A DNA stretch of 63,995 nucleotides, filler included, from Hausera hauseri (taxonomy: Eukaryota): assembly GCA_046269625.1 (NCBI GenBank). It is 12 parts of 12 records of this genome, joined end to end, with 100 filler letters (N's around TTAATTAATTAA, not from the genome) between each part and the next. Parts side by side here need not be neighbours in the genome. Positions count along the whole stretch, not along the records: positions 22,430 to 30,165 come from JBJURY010905757.1; positions 30,266 to 34,890 come from JBJURY010499019.1; positions 34,991 to 39,273 come from JBJURY010658663.1; 9 more parts are not named here. One strand, given 5' to 3'. Below are positions 25,224-39,373 of the stretch, piece after piece. The notes under the pieces were generated by a model. It did no database searches, was not told where the DNA came from, and saw nothing but the letters and a program-made list of their open reading frames with translations. Made by a program: the position numbers and the translations under genes. Every line of letters starts with the position of its first letter. The stretch's first letter is position 1.

Positions 25224-27652
25224 TTACATAATTGCACATAAATTTGATATTTCTACACCTTTAGACACAGGAGGTAAAACTTGAAACTTTGAACCAGCTG
25301 TAGGTGGAGGAAATTCAATATCTTCAGATTCATCACCTGATTTTGTAGGAACATTTTCAGTGAGACTAAATGCTGGAGAGTGTTCATTTATATTGCCTGA
25401 ATTGGCAGGTGGAATGTCAGTATTCTTGTCTAAATTTCCATTGTCCATTTCAGAATTCTTATTGATTTTACCACTCTCTGCTTCTTTTTCTGTTGGTTCT
25501 TCTTCTATAATGCATTCAGTTGCTACATCTTCAAATTGCATTACTTCATCAGTATTTTTTTCATGGCTCTTGATAACGCAGTCTGACGGTTGAGCGTCTG
25601 CTGCTTTTTTTTTAATTAAATCTACAGAGTCTCTTTTATTATCATGCTCCAACTCTTCTTCAATTTCTTCTTTTACATCACATGCGAATTCTTCTTTTAT
25701 ATTGCTGTCTGTCTCTTCTGTTTCCATTTTTGCATCAGGATTTAGGTCTTCCACTTCAATTTCAACAGCACTGGCCGATTCATCAAATGACATCTCAGAG
25801 TCATTAGCAGTAGTTTCATTAGCGTTTTTGTAATCTTCATAACAAGCAGGATGATAAGCCTGGTCATCATGTTTAACAGCATTTCGTAAATGCCAGTTTT
25901 CTTCTTCTTCTTCCCAAAATAGCTCAAAATCTTCTGCGCATACAGCACATTTTTCAGAGCTACATTCACTACATGCTACGCTGGAAACATTTTCTGGTAC
26001 TTCTTCTGTTTGTTCAACATTATCCTGAAGTTCAAAATAACTTGGAGCTCTCTCATCAACATCATCAAATTCTTTAAACTCAGTCCAGTCCTTAATTTCG
26101 TGAAACCAACTACGAGAAAACGTTTTATTAGTACCATGTTTTTCTCTTCGAGTTCTCCTAAAATGCCAGTCCAGATGGCGACTATACTGTTCACTTTCTG
26201 TTGCCTTGAACCTCATGCCACAAGTAGCACATTGTGAACCACTATATATAGCTGCAATAACTCCAGAATGAAACTTTTTCAAACACTCAGAATCGAATGT
26301 AATTTCAGGAATTGTTTCCTTCTTGGGAGGCTCCTCCTCGTCTTCCTGTTTTTTAGATTCAGATGACGTCGCTTCAACAGAGTTGGGTGTAGAAGTAGCT
26401 GAACTATTCCCAATGAGTCCAGCAGCTTTTAGCTTTTTCATAAATAATTGCATATCATCTGTAATTACAGAAGATATTTCTGTTGTACTTACTGGCACAG
26501 GAGACAAATTAGGCACATTTACAGGAACTGCGTACGTGGGTAGTGCAGAAACAGCAGTGAATCTAGGTACTGGCACAGGAGCAGCTAATCTAATGACTGA
26601 CTCTAATGGTCGCAGATTCAAAATTGTAGCAGCAGGTTGAGGTGGCGGCAATAAAGGTGTTGACACAGTTGTGTTATTGTATCGCACAGCTACTGGCTTT
26701 CGAAGAGTAGGTGCCATGGAACTAGTGTTTGGTACAACACTAAAAAACGGAGGAATAGGAGGTGGAGACAGTCTTGGAATAGTTCCTGCCTTTACTGCAT
26801 TTAACTCAGTAGGGACAACTGCAAATTCATTTGCACTATGCTTTCGAAGAGAAAATGGCACATTAGTTGGAGGCAAAGGCATGGGATGTCGTTCCTTTGA
26901 AGGAAACTTCGTCAAAGGTGTATCAATACCCCTGAAAGCTGGCCCAAACTTAGCAGCACTAGTAGTATATATTGGTGATCTTGGCGGTGATACAGAAAAT
27001 CTGTCAATACTCTGCTTTGCTGGGAATGGAGATGGTTTCAGGGGAGCAGATTTTAATTTCTTCTTTTTATTTATATCTGCGTCAAATTCATGTGAATTTT
27101 GAAGACTGCAGGGTCGCTTTTTTCCTGTAGAATATGTTGCAGTAGATGCTGCATGCTCGTTTATAGACAGACGTGGATCTCTGATAGTCATATTTTGTGT
27201 ACTGATGGCGAAAACTTCGGATTTGCATAAACAGATGATTGAGCAAGAATTGGCCATGCTGAATCCAAACAAAGTATGCATTTATCAAGCTGCAACAAAA
27301 CAGCATTCGGGAATAATCCAGTCCATGTTGAACGTAATTTGTATAGACGACGTCTAGTTTCTTCATCGGCCTGCTCAAATACAGATGTAAACACTGGAAC
27401 GAGATGCTTGCTAAACAGTGAAATATAGAATTTTCCAATATTCTTCACAATCGAATCCACTAGATATAGGCGAGGAAGCTTAATCATAGGAGTGGCCGAA
27501 TTGATATCATCTACTATAGTTTGGACTATCACTCCTGCGTGAACAGCATTTTCTTCGGCTAACATTGTCAGCATATTAATATGCGGTTTACTATTGAAAG
27601 TTAGTTCAGACAACGAAGATCGATACTCCTCGGCTATATCAGTAATTTCCAT
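25224..27652 (-). CDS. PCF11: Pre-mRNA cleavage factor Pcf11; intronless, one frameshift near 27190-27220
   Basis: CID domain (EYRSSLSELTFNSKPHINMLTMLAEEN...KLPRLYLVDSIVKN...LRSTW); RDPR motif; zinc fingers QCATCGMRF...HLDWHFR...SRSWF and CAVCAEDF...YHPAC; C-terminal CAIM. Confidence 0.93.
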
Positions 27653-28423
27653 GTTATTCGAAGTGCTTCGAATAAATTACGCCAATGTAATAATGCTGCA
27701 AAATGTCCAGAAAACCGGATGATACCAAGAAAAGCACCTCAGACTTTCAATACACTATTTAATATCATCCCCAAAATAATATCGACTTTCTCTACGCAAA
27801 CTAGCATCACAACTCAAACCGTCACATTAAACCATAATACATCTAACTTCATCCTTGTCGACTGGTTGCTTTTCACCCTTCTCATTGATGTGCCATCACA
27901 TTTACCTGTTCCATTTGGTGGTCTGACACTCAGTGACTACTGCTATTCAATTCTATGGATCATTGTGTATGGGTACGGTTCGATTTCTATTGATCATTGA
28001 CAAAGCATTCTTTGCTCTTTGTCTATTGGCTACTCCTATTCAATTCCAAGGTTTGTTTATTGTACCATTATGGTTCTATTGTCCCGACTGATTTCTTTTT
28101 TCACACTTGCCGTATGTGCTTCCAAACATCTACCGCACCATAAAAGAAAGCATATAACTCTGGGGTGAGGCGCTAAAAACACAGCGGAATCGAACGATCC
28201 ACCTCATGTGCATTAGTCCATTGTGGATCGTAAGTATTCACTTTCAAGTGTTCTTTTTCAAGATCTATTCAAAATTTCTTTGGTGTTTTATTCCTATCTA
28301 CCATCTATTATTGACATTGCATTTTATGAAAATATTTGAGATGTATCATTTTTTTTTTCAATAGAAAGACAATTCAAATACTTCTCAATCTGCAATGACC
28401 AGCAACTAGTGTGAACACATTAC

Positions 28424-28449
28424 TTTTTTTTTTTTTTTTTTTTTTTTTT
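28424..28449. repeat. Poly(T) tract
   Basis: About 26 consecutive T next to a Gypsy pol fragment. Confidence 0.9.
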
Positions 28450-28830
28450 GCTTGGGGTAATATTTTTTGCACGAACTGATGGGCTAAATTTATTACTGGT
28501 TTAAGTACATCTGTTTAGCCAAGTGTCCTATACGATTTTCAAAATGCCCGGTATTTATTCATTAATAATTTAGTGAATTGTTCTGCATCCGCTGTCTTCA
28601 AATGTGATAAATGAAAATCTGTCTCTGGTAGTTCATTTTTCCGTAATTGCAGTATTTGTTCCCTAGAGATATCGTAATCTTGTACATTATTTATATTTGC
28701 GGTTGGGTGTTCCTTATTCTCGTTTTGAATATCTTCCATGATTATTTCTTCCACTTCCGCTATTTTCATTTTTTTATTTAAGGTTATCGCCTTATTTGTG
28801 GGATTGTGTATTATCACATTGATCATGTTT
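28450..28830 (-). mobile_element. Gypsy pol fragment (dUTPase-like remnant to pre-RT linker)
   Basis: VIIHNPTNKAITLNKKMKIAEV...HLSHL.....QFTKLL.KYRAF...LG.TDV. Confidence 0.6.
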
Positions 28831-30284
28831 TTTTTTTCACTGCCGGAGAACAGTAGCTCACCAAGAATAATCTTGGTTTGGAGCTATTTGCACTGTTCCC
28901 GGAGGGGAAAACCCCTTTTTATTTGAAATAACATAAAAATACAGATACAACAAAACATCAATACATATACAACAATAAAAAGAAATGCAGTTAATATAGA
29001 TAACACTACTAAAAGTAAAGATATAAGAATAAAAGTTCAGATGCAACAATATGATAGAATGCAGTTAAAGGCAGTATAAGGAAAATGAAATTGTGCTCAA
29101 GAATTGAGAATGGTAGTAGAGAACATAAAAATCCTCCGTAAGACAAGAGAGCCCAGTAGCAGCCGGGCAGTTCAAAATTGGCATGATAACAAAATAGCAG
29201 GCCATAAATTGGCAAAGCAAAATAGAGTGACTTACATTATTAATGATAAAAAGCATACAGATATATATAAATGTAATTACAAAAGAAAGCAGTGTATGAG
29301 AGAGAAGAAAGGTAACTTTGTTTACCAGTGAATAACTAAATTCTTGTGATAAATATATGCACTACAGTTAAAATCAAGTCAGAATAGCAATTCATACAAT
29401 GGAATAGCAGTCAATTACTCTGTCACATTCAGCACTTTGTTCGGCTGAGAAAATAGCAAAAGGCAGAAACACTGAATGGCAGAAATAGAAATCAATGGTT
29501 AAGGAAAAATTAAAACGTTAATAACTTTACAAAAAAGCGAGATTAAAACAAAAAGGCAAAAAAAAATCAAACCTTAACGTCGAAGCTTTTCGGGAGGGGA
29601 AGAACTATCCCCCTAGTCAAAATTAAAAAGTTTTTTTTTCATTTAAACATGAAGTTTATGAGGTATTTAGATAACAAACACAATCACACAGGCAAAAACA
29701 CTGTGCCCACCTATATGCCTTTCAGCACTGGGGATAAAAATATCAGACAGGAGAGAACTGGGCTGTATTTGTGATTCAGACTGTAGTTTAGTTTAAAAGT
29801 AATAACATCCTTGAACATACTCATTTTACTAAACTTTTCTCATTCTAAAATTTGTGTTTCCACAGATTTTTTTCCGTGTTGTTTTTCTGAACAAGGCTAC
29901 ACATACTTGATGTTTTTTAAGACCTTGTCACTGTCTGTCTGTATAATCTGCCAGGATCCATCTCACCATCTGCCTCCTTCTTCATCTGTCTGCTCTTTTC
30001 TTTCACTTTGTTGATGTCATAGTTCCTCTCCAGTATTTTATCAGGGCTGTTTGCATCCGGTGGGCTTTGTCTGTGCATCCCTACATCTCGTCTCGTTAAC
30101 TTCAGTATTTGTTCCCATGTTGCTCTATTTACAAATCTAGTTTAGATTAGAAACACCTAAAGAAANNNNNNNNNNNNNNNNNNNNNNNNNNNNNNNNNNN
30201 NNNNNNNNNTTAATTAATTAANNNNNNNNNNNNNNNNNNNNNNNNNNNNNNNNNNNNNNNNNNNNGCCTTCAACAGCCGGTACA

Positions 30285-33200
30285 GGCAGGCCTAGGAAAA
30301 CGAGTTTACTCACGTAGAGTTATAGCCGGTAAAATATGGCCCGGATATGGTGGAGCATGTAAAGGAGAAAGCATGATGATAAATGGACAAAAAATCCGCT
30401 GTAGTACAAATAGAAGATTTTACTGTCACCATAAAAAATATAAAGTAAACTTTGATGCAATTATAGGAAAAATGTTAAACGCACTATCTTGTACATATTC
30501 TGATGGAGTGTGTACATAGGGGAATCTACCCTAGTTTGGGAAAACACGGTCGTAATATGTCCACTATCTTTCGTTAAACAAGTATCTTTGTACGAAATGC
30601 AAGGTAATTTATATTATGATGACGAATACCAATAACCTGTACATAACTATAATATAAGTTTACCTACCCCACGAACCTTAAAACAGACCACTTCTTGGAA
30701 AGTCTTAATGTCATCCAGAGACAAAGATGGAATCGTACTGGCACGCAAATGAGCAGTATCGACTTGTGGATCGAATGCAGTTTATTCTACATCTTATGAA
30801 GACTTATTCGTAACAAAAGAAACCTTAGGGAATACAGGAAAGCTACCAACTGAAGATATAAAGTGGTACTTATACACGAATAATAAGATAGATTATATTT
30901 ATCACACGGCAAAAAGGAATTTAGTTGAGTTGTATAACATGATGGTATTAAGATATTGTAAAATCACTCAAAAATTGAATCAGAACGACGTAATACTAGC
31001 TATAGAATTTCGTGAACATATTGCTTTAATTATGGGATATCGTCCTGGAACATTTGATAGAGTACAGGGCGAAACATTCCATGTGTATCAATGCCCTCCG
31101 ATGGAGGTAACCCCAATAACAAGCACAAGACAAAATTGTACGAATGAATTAATTGTTCAGTATAATGATAAAAACATAAATAAAATTGGATATGTGGATC
31201 CTATTACTCGAAAATTATTGTTACCTACTGAAATTAGCTTTACAACATGTTATAAATATTTCTATCCAGCTTTTAAGCTTAATGACGGAAGGTGGATTAA
31301 AACACGCCCACCAATTATGATGAACATACCACACACGATTGAGTTATTACCAATGGATAAAGGTATGCAGTTTAAAGTAAATAGAGAACTCCCCACCAGT
31401 GGATTGTATTAATTAACAGACTTGGAAGCAGTAAGAAAACAAGTGTTATTCCAGAATATCCGAAAAAAGGTTACCACAGAATTTGTATATACTGTTACAA
31501 AAGGATCAGGTGGTATACCTAATTATGGAATATTACTCCCAATCGACTATTTAGAAAGAACATCTAAAAAGATCCTTTATGACTTTTGGAATAAATTCCT
31601 TATTTTTGGTCAAGTTATATCTGGAGTCTTTGGGATATATGTTATAATTACTGCCATAATGGTTATATTAAGACAGATAGGAACTGCTAGGAATATAAAG
31701 AAAGTACGTGGTTTTACATGGCAAATTATGTTTGGATGTTTTCCTTCAATGCCTCAATCAGTATTAATGTACTGGCATGCAAAGAAACTTGACAAATTAA
31801 GAAAAGAACTTCGTTTAGCCCCAGAGTTAGAACAACAGTTATAAGCTTTTATTAAGTTAACAGTGGAAGAATATCTAGTTAAATATAAATTATTAAGAAA
31901 GAAAGCTAGACAACACTCCGAGCTAGAAGCGCCCACATACTTCAAACCCGAATTTATTAATGAATTCCCAGAATACCCTGATTACAGAGAAATAAAGGTC
32001 ACGTCCAATGGCAAGATATTTAGATGAATGTACCTGTTTACCAAATACTGCTTATCCACCTAATGTCCTCCGACAATATAATACCGCTAACACTCGACGG
32101 AATAATACAAAATTCATTTTATGACCAAAACCAATACAACAACAGGAAATAACCCTTATGTTCAAGTACTATTTAATGGATTAAACATTATGGTACTACT
32201 AGATACCGGTGCATCCGTGTCAATGATTCGACATTCATACATAACTGACGTTCAAAAGGAAACAATCATGCCTAGTGATATACTAATAGCAGCAGCCAAT
32301 TCTACACAAGTACAATTTCTAGGAAAAATAAACATCAAAATAAGAATCAATGATAATCTACACACCATAACCCTGTTTGTGGTGGATGATAAAACATTGC
32401 CAGTACCCTTAGTAATAGGAATGGACGTATTATCTCAAATCTTCGGACTCTCAATGGATCTATCAACCAAAACCCTTAAATACACGATGACCAACTTGCC
32501 AATTGAGGTAATCAGCATGACCTTGACTCATGACGTTATTATCAAACCACAACAACAAATAGTGGTACTGCTAACGATACCATCGCAATACCACAAGCAA
32601 ACTTGTATGTTTGAACCGAATTTATATAATAATGAAAAATATGAGATCCTACAATATCCCCTATTTATACCAAAAGGAGTGCAAAATTTGAAATTGTCAA
32701 TGGAAAGCATTAATAAAAAGGCAATCAAGTTACGACAAAACCTTAACCTAGGACAATTACAACCGGTTAAAATATGCACAGCAACGTTCTTAGTAGAAGA
32801 TGAAAATATCAAATTTAAAGACTGTGAATTTACTTTATATCAATTAAAAAAACGATTGCAGTTATTCCACAAATATAAAGATATTATAGCTATGAATGAT
32901 AACGATATTGGCAGAACTAACGTAATTAAACATTATATAATCACAGAGAACACCTATCCTATGAAAAAAAATCCGTATAGAATGGCTGAAGTCAAGAAAG
33001 AAGAATGCGATAGACAAATAGCACAAATGGTGGAACACGGTATTATCAGACCGAGTTTCTCACCATGGACATCCCCAGTAGTATTATTGCAGAAGAAAGA
33101 TGGAGCACAACGATTCTGTGTAGATTTTAGAGCAGTAAATAATGTTATGAAGAAAGATAATTATCCATTACCAAAGATAGATGAGATGCTTACAGCTTTG

Positions 33201-34890
33201 AGAAATGCCGTGATATTCACCACCTTGGATTTGCAGTGTGAATTTTTGCAAGTCGAAGTTGCCGAGGAAGATAAGCAAAAAACAGCCTTTACTAGCGGAA
33301 CTAGATTATGGTAATTTAATGTTATGATTTTGGTTTGACAGGAGGACCTGCCACGTTTCAAAGATGTATGAATTTTGCATTGTAAGGAGTAACCTGTTGT
33401 ATGGTTTATATAGACGATGTAATAATATTTTCTGAAAACTTCAAACAACACTTAATGGACAATTTACAAGTATTTGAGAGACTGAAACATGATCATTTAA
33501 AAATCAAATTGAAAAAATGTGAATTTGCTAAAAATACTGTCACTTTCCTCGGACACATACTGTCGAGTAAAGGAATTCAACCTAATTCTAGAAATGTAGA
33601 GAAACTTAAGAAATTAAACCACCCAACTGTCTTAAGGAGTTAAAAAGACTGTTAGGAATGGCCAATTATTACAGGAAATTTGTATATAATTTCGCAAATA
33701 TAGTTAAACCATTAGTAGAATTAGTCAAGAAAGAAACAACATAAAATTGGGAAGAAACACATCAGAGTGCATTTGAGATTTTAAAACAAATTCTTACTTC
33801 ACCTCCAATATTACAATTTCCTGATCCCAAATATCCTTATGAAATAATGACCGATGTCAGCGGTTACGCTATATGAGCAGTCTTAGGACAATGCGTTCCC
33901 GACAGACCTCGTGAAGGAATAATAGCTTGCCTCAGTAAAACGTTAAGTGAAACACAACGTAGATGGTCTACAATCGAGCGAGAATGCTATGTGATAGTAT
34001 ATGCTCTACGATATTTCAGATATTATATAACTGGACGAGAAATAATTTTATACACCGATCAAAAACCCTTACAATAGTTAATGAAACAACGGGATACCAG
34101 CCGAAAATGAATGAAATTGGCTGCAGAAATCCAGGATTTACAGATATCAATAAAATACTGACAAGGAAAAGGTAACGCTAATGCAGATTTCCTATCAAGA
34201 CTTTAGGAAACTGATATTGATCAAGAGTATAACAATCACACCAACTTCGATTACGATGATACGCAGGATTTAAAGGAACATTATTCGCAGAAAGTTCATT
34301 TAAGTATACCCAAAGCAACACGAAAGAAACACACTAAGGATACAGACCAATTTATAAGTATAATTATACAAACACTGAACAAAGATAATCAACGAAATGC
34401 AAAACAAAGTGACTACAAGGATCCGTTAGTGGAAGACATCTTATATGAGTATTACAAAATGATCGACTTAATTCAGACCATGATAGATAAGGTAGACAAT
34501 GCGGAATTCAACGAAGAGATGCATATATTCTTATCCATACCAATTACACACGAAGCTATAGCTAAAGAACAAGCAAAGGATGAGAAAATTTGTAAAATCC
34601 GCCCTAGCCTAAACAAAGAAGGGAGCAAAAATAAATATAAAATGGAAAGGGGAAATATCTACTATCAAGAAAGTGAAGACTTACTCATGGTTGTGCCAAA
34701 AACACATGCGTGCAAAACTTTTATTACATTATCATGACGGACAAATTGGAGGACATCGAGGTTATAAAGCTACATTAGGCAGACATAAACAAAAATATTA
34801 CTGGCCAAAGATAGCGGATGATATAAAAGATTGCTGTACAAATTGTCAAGTTTGTTCAAAGAGAAGAGGAAATTTTCAAGCAAGAAAAAC
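30285..34890 (+). mobile_element. Decayed 'env-before-pol' Gypsy-type retroelement, copy 2 (glycoprotein, TM, PR, dUTPase-like, RT, RNase H, integrase HHCC)
   Basis: Glycoprotein (GETFHVYQCPPMEV...QNCTNEL...YVDPITR; FWNKFLIFGQVISGVFGIYVI) at 30285-31844; PR LLDTGASVS; RT SPWTSPVVL, RFCVDFR, YIDD; RNase H TDVS and WSTIEREC; IN YHDGQIGGH...YYWP...CQVC. ORFs starting 30930, 31422 and 32121 share one frame. Confidence 0.88.
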
Positions 34891-34990
34891 NNNNNNNNNN
34901 NNNNNNNNNNNNNNNNNNNNNNNNNNNNNNNNNNTTAATTAATTAANNNNNNNNNNNNNNNNNNNNNNNNNNNNNNNNNNNNNNNNNNNN

Positions 34991-35620
34991 TTCTTTTTAT
35001 TGAAATAGTGTGGGAAATTTTCTTTTTGGCCTTCAAATCAAAATGTTCTATGAAATTCAATGGAATTAATGTAAAATTTATTGAATCAATGAATCTAATA
35101 TTTAAATCTTTATTTTTAATTTTTCAATGTTATTTTGTTTCCTGATATTATTTGACTTGAACTTTATTGAAGGCTAACCATCTTAAAATAAGTTGCATGT
35201 CATAACCTTTTCCATAATGAGGTATGAATATTTAACCTGTAAAATTACGGTTAATAAAGTGCATAATCTGCCAACTGTATCTTTTTTATTCAATAATTTG
35301 TTTCATTTGATCGTTCATTTGAATTTCTGTTTCTGAATCTTTGTCAGCAACTGTAAATGATTCATCCGTAATTGTATATAAAATATTTTGATATGAATCG
35401 TACAGAAACACAATAATTCATATGATGAAATTGTTCATTTACTGATGCTTCAAAATCATAAAATATGTATTTGTCAGAATATTTAAATGATTTAACTGGT
35501 TTTATAACACTGATGATTTGTTCCAATTGGATATTATTCAAAACATAAGTAACAAGTTTTATGATTACATTTATGATTTTTTGGTAAATTGTGAGACATG
35601 TTTCCTCTAGGTCTTAAATG
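34991..35620 (-). mobile_element. Fragment of a second Polinton/Maverick PolB lineage (exonuclease region)
   Basis: Minus strand KYIFYDFEAS, FIPHYGKGYDMQLI, NIRFIDSINF; lacks the endonuclease VII insert. Confidence 0.75.
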
Positions 35621-35849
35621 AATGGCGACTTTTATGCTTCGAAGTTTTGCTGAAGCTTCGCCACTATTGAAAAAAATAATAAAATGGTTAGTCGACCCTA
35701 AGCAGCCATCTCATAAATCATAAGAGAATCCACAAGGTGTAAAAACCTGCACAATCCATGCTGAACGTGTATTATTCGTAAACGTTTACTAAGCAATTAT
35801 CGGATACAAAATTACTCGACACTACCCAACACATCAGCATTCATGGATA

Positions 35850-36990
35850 AAAATGTTAAACTCTCCACAGTATTTCGAAAATGCGTCACTGTATTGTCCG
35901 TTGTTGAGAAGACCATTTTGGATGCGGCCGATGTGGCTGGAATGCACAAGAATACGATGCTTGCTTGACTGACCACCAATAGAGTGGATCACCGTCTTGT
36001 GCCAGAGCCTTCTCTACCCAGTAACTATCGCATTCTTCTTTCATGCAACTGTTTGAGCCAGTAGAATCTTCCTCCTCTCCAAGTAGGATATCCCATGCAT
36101 TCATTTCCCTCTTCTGCTTCTTTTGACCCGGTCCACTCGCAATGCCATTTTCGTCTTCAGTTTGTCACTCTCTTTAGCACACGCGGACAATCTGGGATTT
36201 CACCAAATGAGAGAGATAGTTCAGTCCCTTGTGGCGGAAATCCAAAGCTGAGGATAGGATAAAGGGATGAAGGGTTAATTGTATTCATCATCCAACGGAC
36301 TTATAGTTGACGCTTCATTTCCTCTTACATTATTAATAGAAGACAGCTCATTTCCAGATGGGGTTAGTGTCAGCCTTATTCACAGAAAGATAGCATATAC
36401 ATAGGACAAGGACATGTGTTGCTCCGAGCAGAAGAAAGTTGTTGCAACCTCTAATGGTTTGAAAATCTGTACTAGTTCTCTAATCAACTCTTATTGATCA
36501 GGGTTGAGATCCAGATTGCGATGATCTCGATTTGAGGTGATCTCCATATTCCTTAGAACCTGCAGACGGTGCCGAGGTATTCTTGATGTCAGCTGCTCCT
36601 TTGCCAAAATAGAATTAGCAGTGGTACTATGTTTGAAGTGTCCCACCAATTTTCGGAATGCAGAAATGTGTTCCTGAATTTCAGGCACATTCCTGGACAA
36701 CAAGTTGCAGAGTATGAGCTATACATAGAACATTTAACCATGTTTTACAGGCCATTTCTTCAAAAAGGTAGTTCGTTCGTCTTTGTGACATTTCTTGCTC
36801 TATCGTGAACAACAACACTTTTTCTCGTGGGAGTTCACGCTTTTCCACTAGGACGGAGAGCATTTGGTTAGCGAGGTTTTCTGTTGAATGCTTCTCATCA
36901 GTGTTCTTGGTCTGCAAAACACGATCTCATTTTCCATTCCTTGTCAATGAAGTGGGCTGTAATGGTGATAAATGATTCCATGCTGTAGAT
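35850..36990 (-). mobile_element. hAT (ZBED1/4-like) transposase pseudogene
   Basis: ITITAHFIDKEW, EKHSTENLA, CIAHTLQLVV, RKLVGHFKHS, DPLYWW, CIPATSAAS..VFS dimerisation domain. Confidence 0.88.
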
Positions 36991-37009
36991 TGTACAAGCG
37001 TCTCACTCA

Positions 37010-38820
37010 CAAATATGAGGAAATTTTTTATTCACAAAAATACACGCAAAAAATCCATTCAAACTTATGTCTCTCAGTCTCTGGAATTATGATACAATCA
37101 CAATCTTCTAATTTCTTCATGTCAATTGAAAGAGTTAGCTGGCCCTTGGTGGATCTGGGAGCTGGATCCTGGTTCACTGAGTCTTGAGGTCTTGGCTTAT
37201 GGAGATCTGAAAAACAGGTCCAGAGTTAACTGTTTTTCTCTTTTCTTAAGCAGCAACCTGAAGTGATGAATGGCTTTTTTATCGAAGAGATCCCGACCTC
37301 AGTTTATTTCAGCCAAATTTGGGTGCCAATCATTGATAGTGTTCCTGACTTTTTCCATTTTGAGCAATTCCTTTATGGCTGTTGAATACATAGAATCCTT
37401 TGTGATTTCCTCTCCATCTTCAGAGAAATCCTACTGGACTTCCTTAGCTTCTTCATCAGCGTAGGCTTGCAGCTCCTCTAGAGTGAGAGGTTCATCATGA
37501 TTAAGGATTAGCTCCTCCACACAATACTCATCCACACCCATATACAAATCCTTGTCTGTGGCACCAATATCCTTGATCAAATGTCCATCATCATTGGTTA
37601 GCTCCTCTTGCTTGAATTTAGGAACAAGAGGTCTCCATGCAGCATTCAGAACTTTTAAGGTAACTTGCTCCCAAGCCGTGTGGATCAAAATGATGGCCTC
37701 CACAATATCAAACTTATCTTTCCAAAATTGCTTGATAGTCATTTCAGTGTTGGAGAATTGTCACTTCTCAAAACAGTTCCTAAAGAGGGCCCTTGTGTAA
37801 AGCTTCTTAAAATTAGCACTCACTTGTTGATCCATGGGCTGTAGCAAGGAGGTGATATTAGGAGGTAGGCACAAGACTTTTGGCCAGGAAAATTTGTGTT
37901 ACAATGACTATTCCATGTCTTTTGCATTGTCCAGTAGCAGGGGCGCTTTCATGGGCAGGTTATTCTCTTCCAGGTAACTTTTGACAGAATGAGCAAACAC
38001 TTCCAATATCCATTCCTTGAAGACACTCTGAGTCACCCATGCTTTGGCATTGGAGCTCCAAAACACTGGAAGCTTTGATTTGCTAATGTTCTTCTTTTTC
38101 AAAGGTCTAGAATTTTCTGCACTGCAGTTAGCATCTAAAAGAAGGGTCAGCCCGTCATTTATTGGTTTCATACTTGGTATCTTTTTCTCCTCTTTGGTGA
38201 TGTATGAGAGATTTGGCATCTTTTTCCAGAAGAGGCCAGTTTTATCAGCATTGAACATCTGTTGTGGACAATATCCATAAGTCTTCACCATAGCCTGAAA
38301 CTCTAGCAAACTTTTTGGCTGCAATTATATCAGCAGAACCCCAAACTCATCATGCATAATAACACTATGGATGTCAGTTATCTTGATGAATCGATAGAAG
38401 CAACCTCTGTTAGCTACGTTCATCCTCAGAATCTGCATCAAGTGGTTCTTCCTTTTCATTGAATTTTTTCTTCAAGTTCTTGCAGATCACCCCTGCCTTC
38501 TCACAAATGTGTTCTTGGCTTGTAGGATCTCCCTTCATCAACCTTTCATTTATCCAGATCATGAGCATCTATTCGATCTAATCTATCAAGGGTTACCTCT
38601 GACAAATGAGCTTGCACACCCCCTTAACCACCTTAGCCTCCTTTATTTGGTCCTTCTTGATAAGAATAGTCTGAACAGTGTTTTATGAAGGCCCTATTTC
38701 TCGGAAAGATCCGCTTGGTTTGCTCCTTTTTCAAATTTCTAGATTATTTCTTTCTTCGTTTCAAATGGAAATTACAGTCCTAGATATACTATTATCACTT
38801 TCAGGTTTCTTTGGACCCAT
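37010..38820 (-). mobile_element. Tigger/pogo (TIGD1-like) transposase pseudogene
   Basis: MGPKK start; QMFNADKTGLFWKKMP; LPVFWSSNAKAWVT; LLLDNA; LPPNITSLLQPMDQ; FWK.KFDI...I..AW. Confidence 0.92.
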
Positions 38821-39373
38821 TTTCAAAAATATGCCTAATTCGAAGTAAAAATTGCTTGTAACTAATAAACAAAAAGAACTTATTCTACAAAACCACAAAC
38901 CTCTAATTCTGATAGGCGATCAAACAAAAGCAACATGCGCCAATAATTAAAGACAATGATTACTAATCTGAACAGTGACAACTAATAAAACAGATTATTC
39001 AGAAATTAAATTACCTTATTGCTTTTGTATAATATGTACAATGACTCCTATTAGTTCTATTTATGAGTTTACTTATTTTTATAATTGCTGCTGTTACATT
39101 CGCATTTATCCATACATTGTGTAAAAATTACTAAAACGCGCATTACCGTTCTAGAATTGCCCAAATTCTCATAATGCACACAATATACACGTATTTTAAG
39201 TATATAACATGAAATTCGTTACCGTAGAAATAAAGACGTTTATCAGAGGGCATATTTTTGGATCGTAGCTAAGNNNNNNNNNNNNNNNNNNNNNNNNNNN
39301 NNNNNNNNNNNNNNNNNTTAATTAATTAANNNNNNNNNNNNNNNNNNNNNNNNNNNNNNNNNNNNNNNNNNNN

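Noticed and set aside
25360-27102. Plus-strand ORFs of 75-143 aa
   Set aside because: Antisense shadows of Pcf11.
28858-29256. Hydrophobic minus-strand ORFs resembling a multi-pass membrane protein
   Set aside because: Short, T-rich and without a recognisable motif; base composition alone could explain them.
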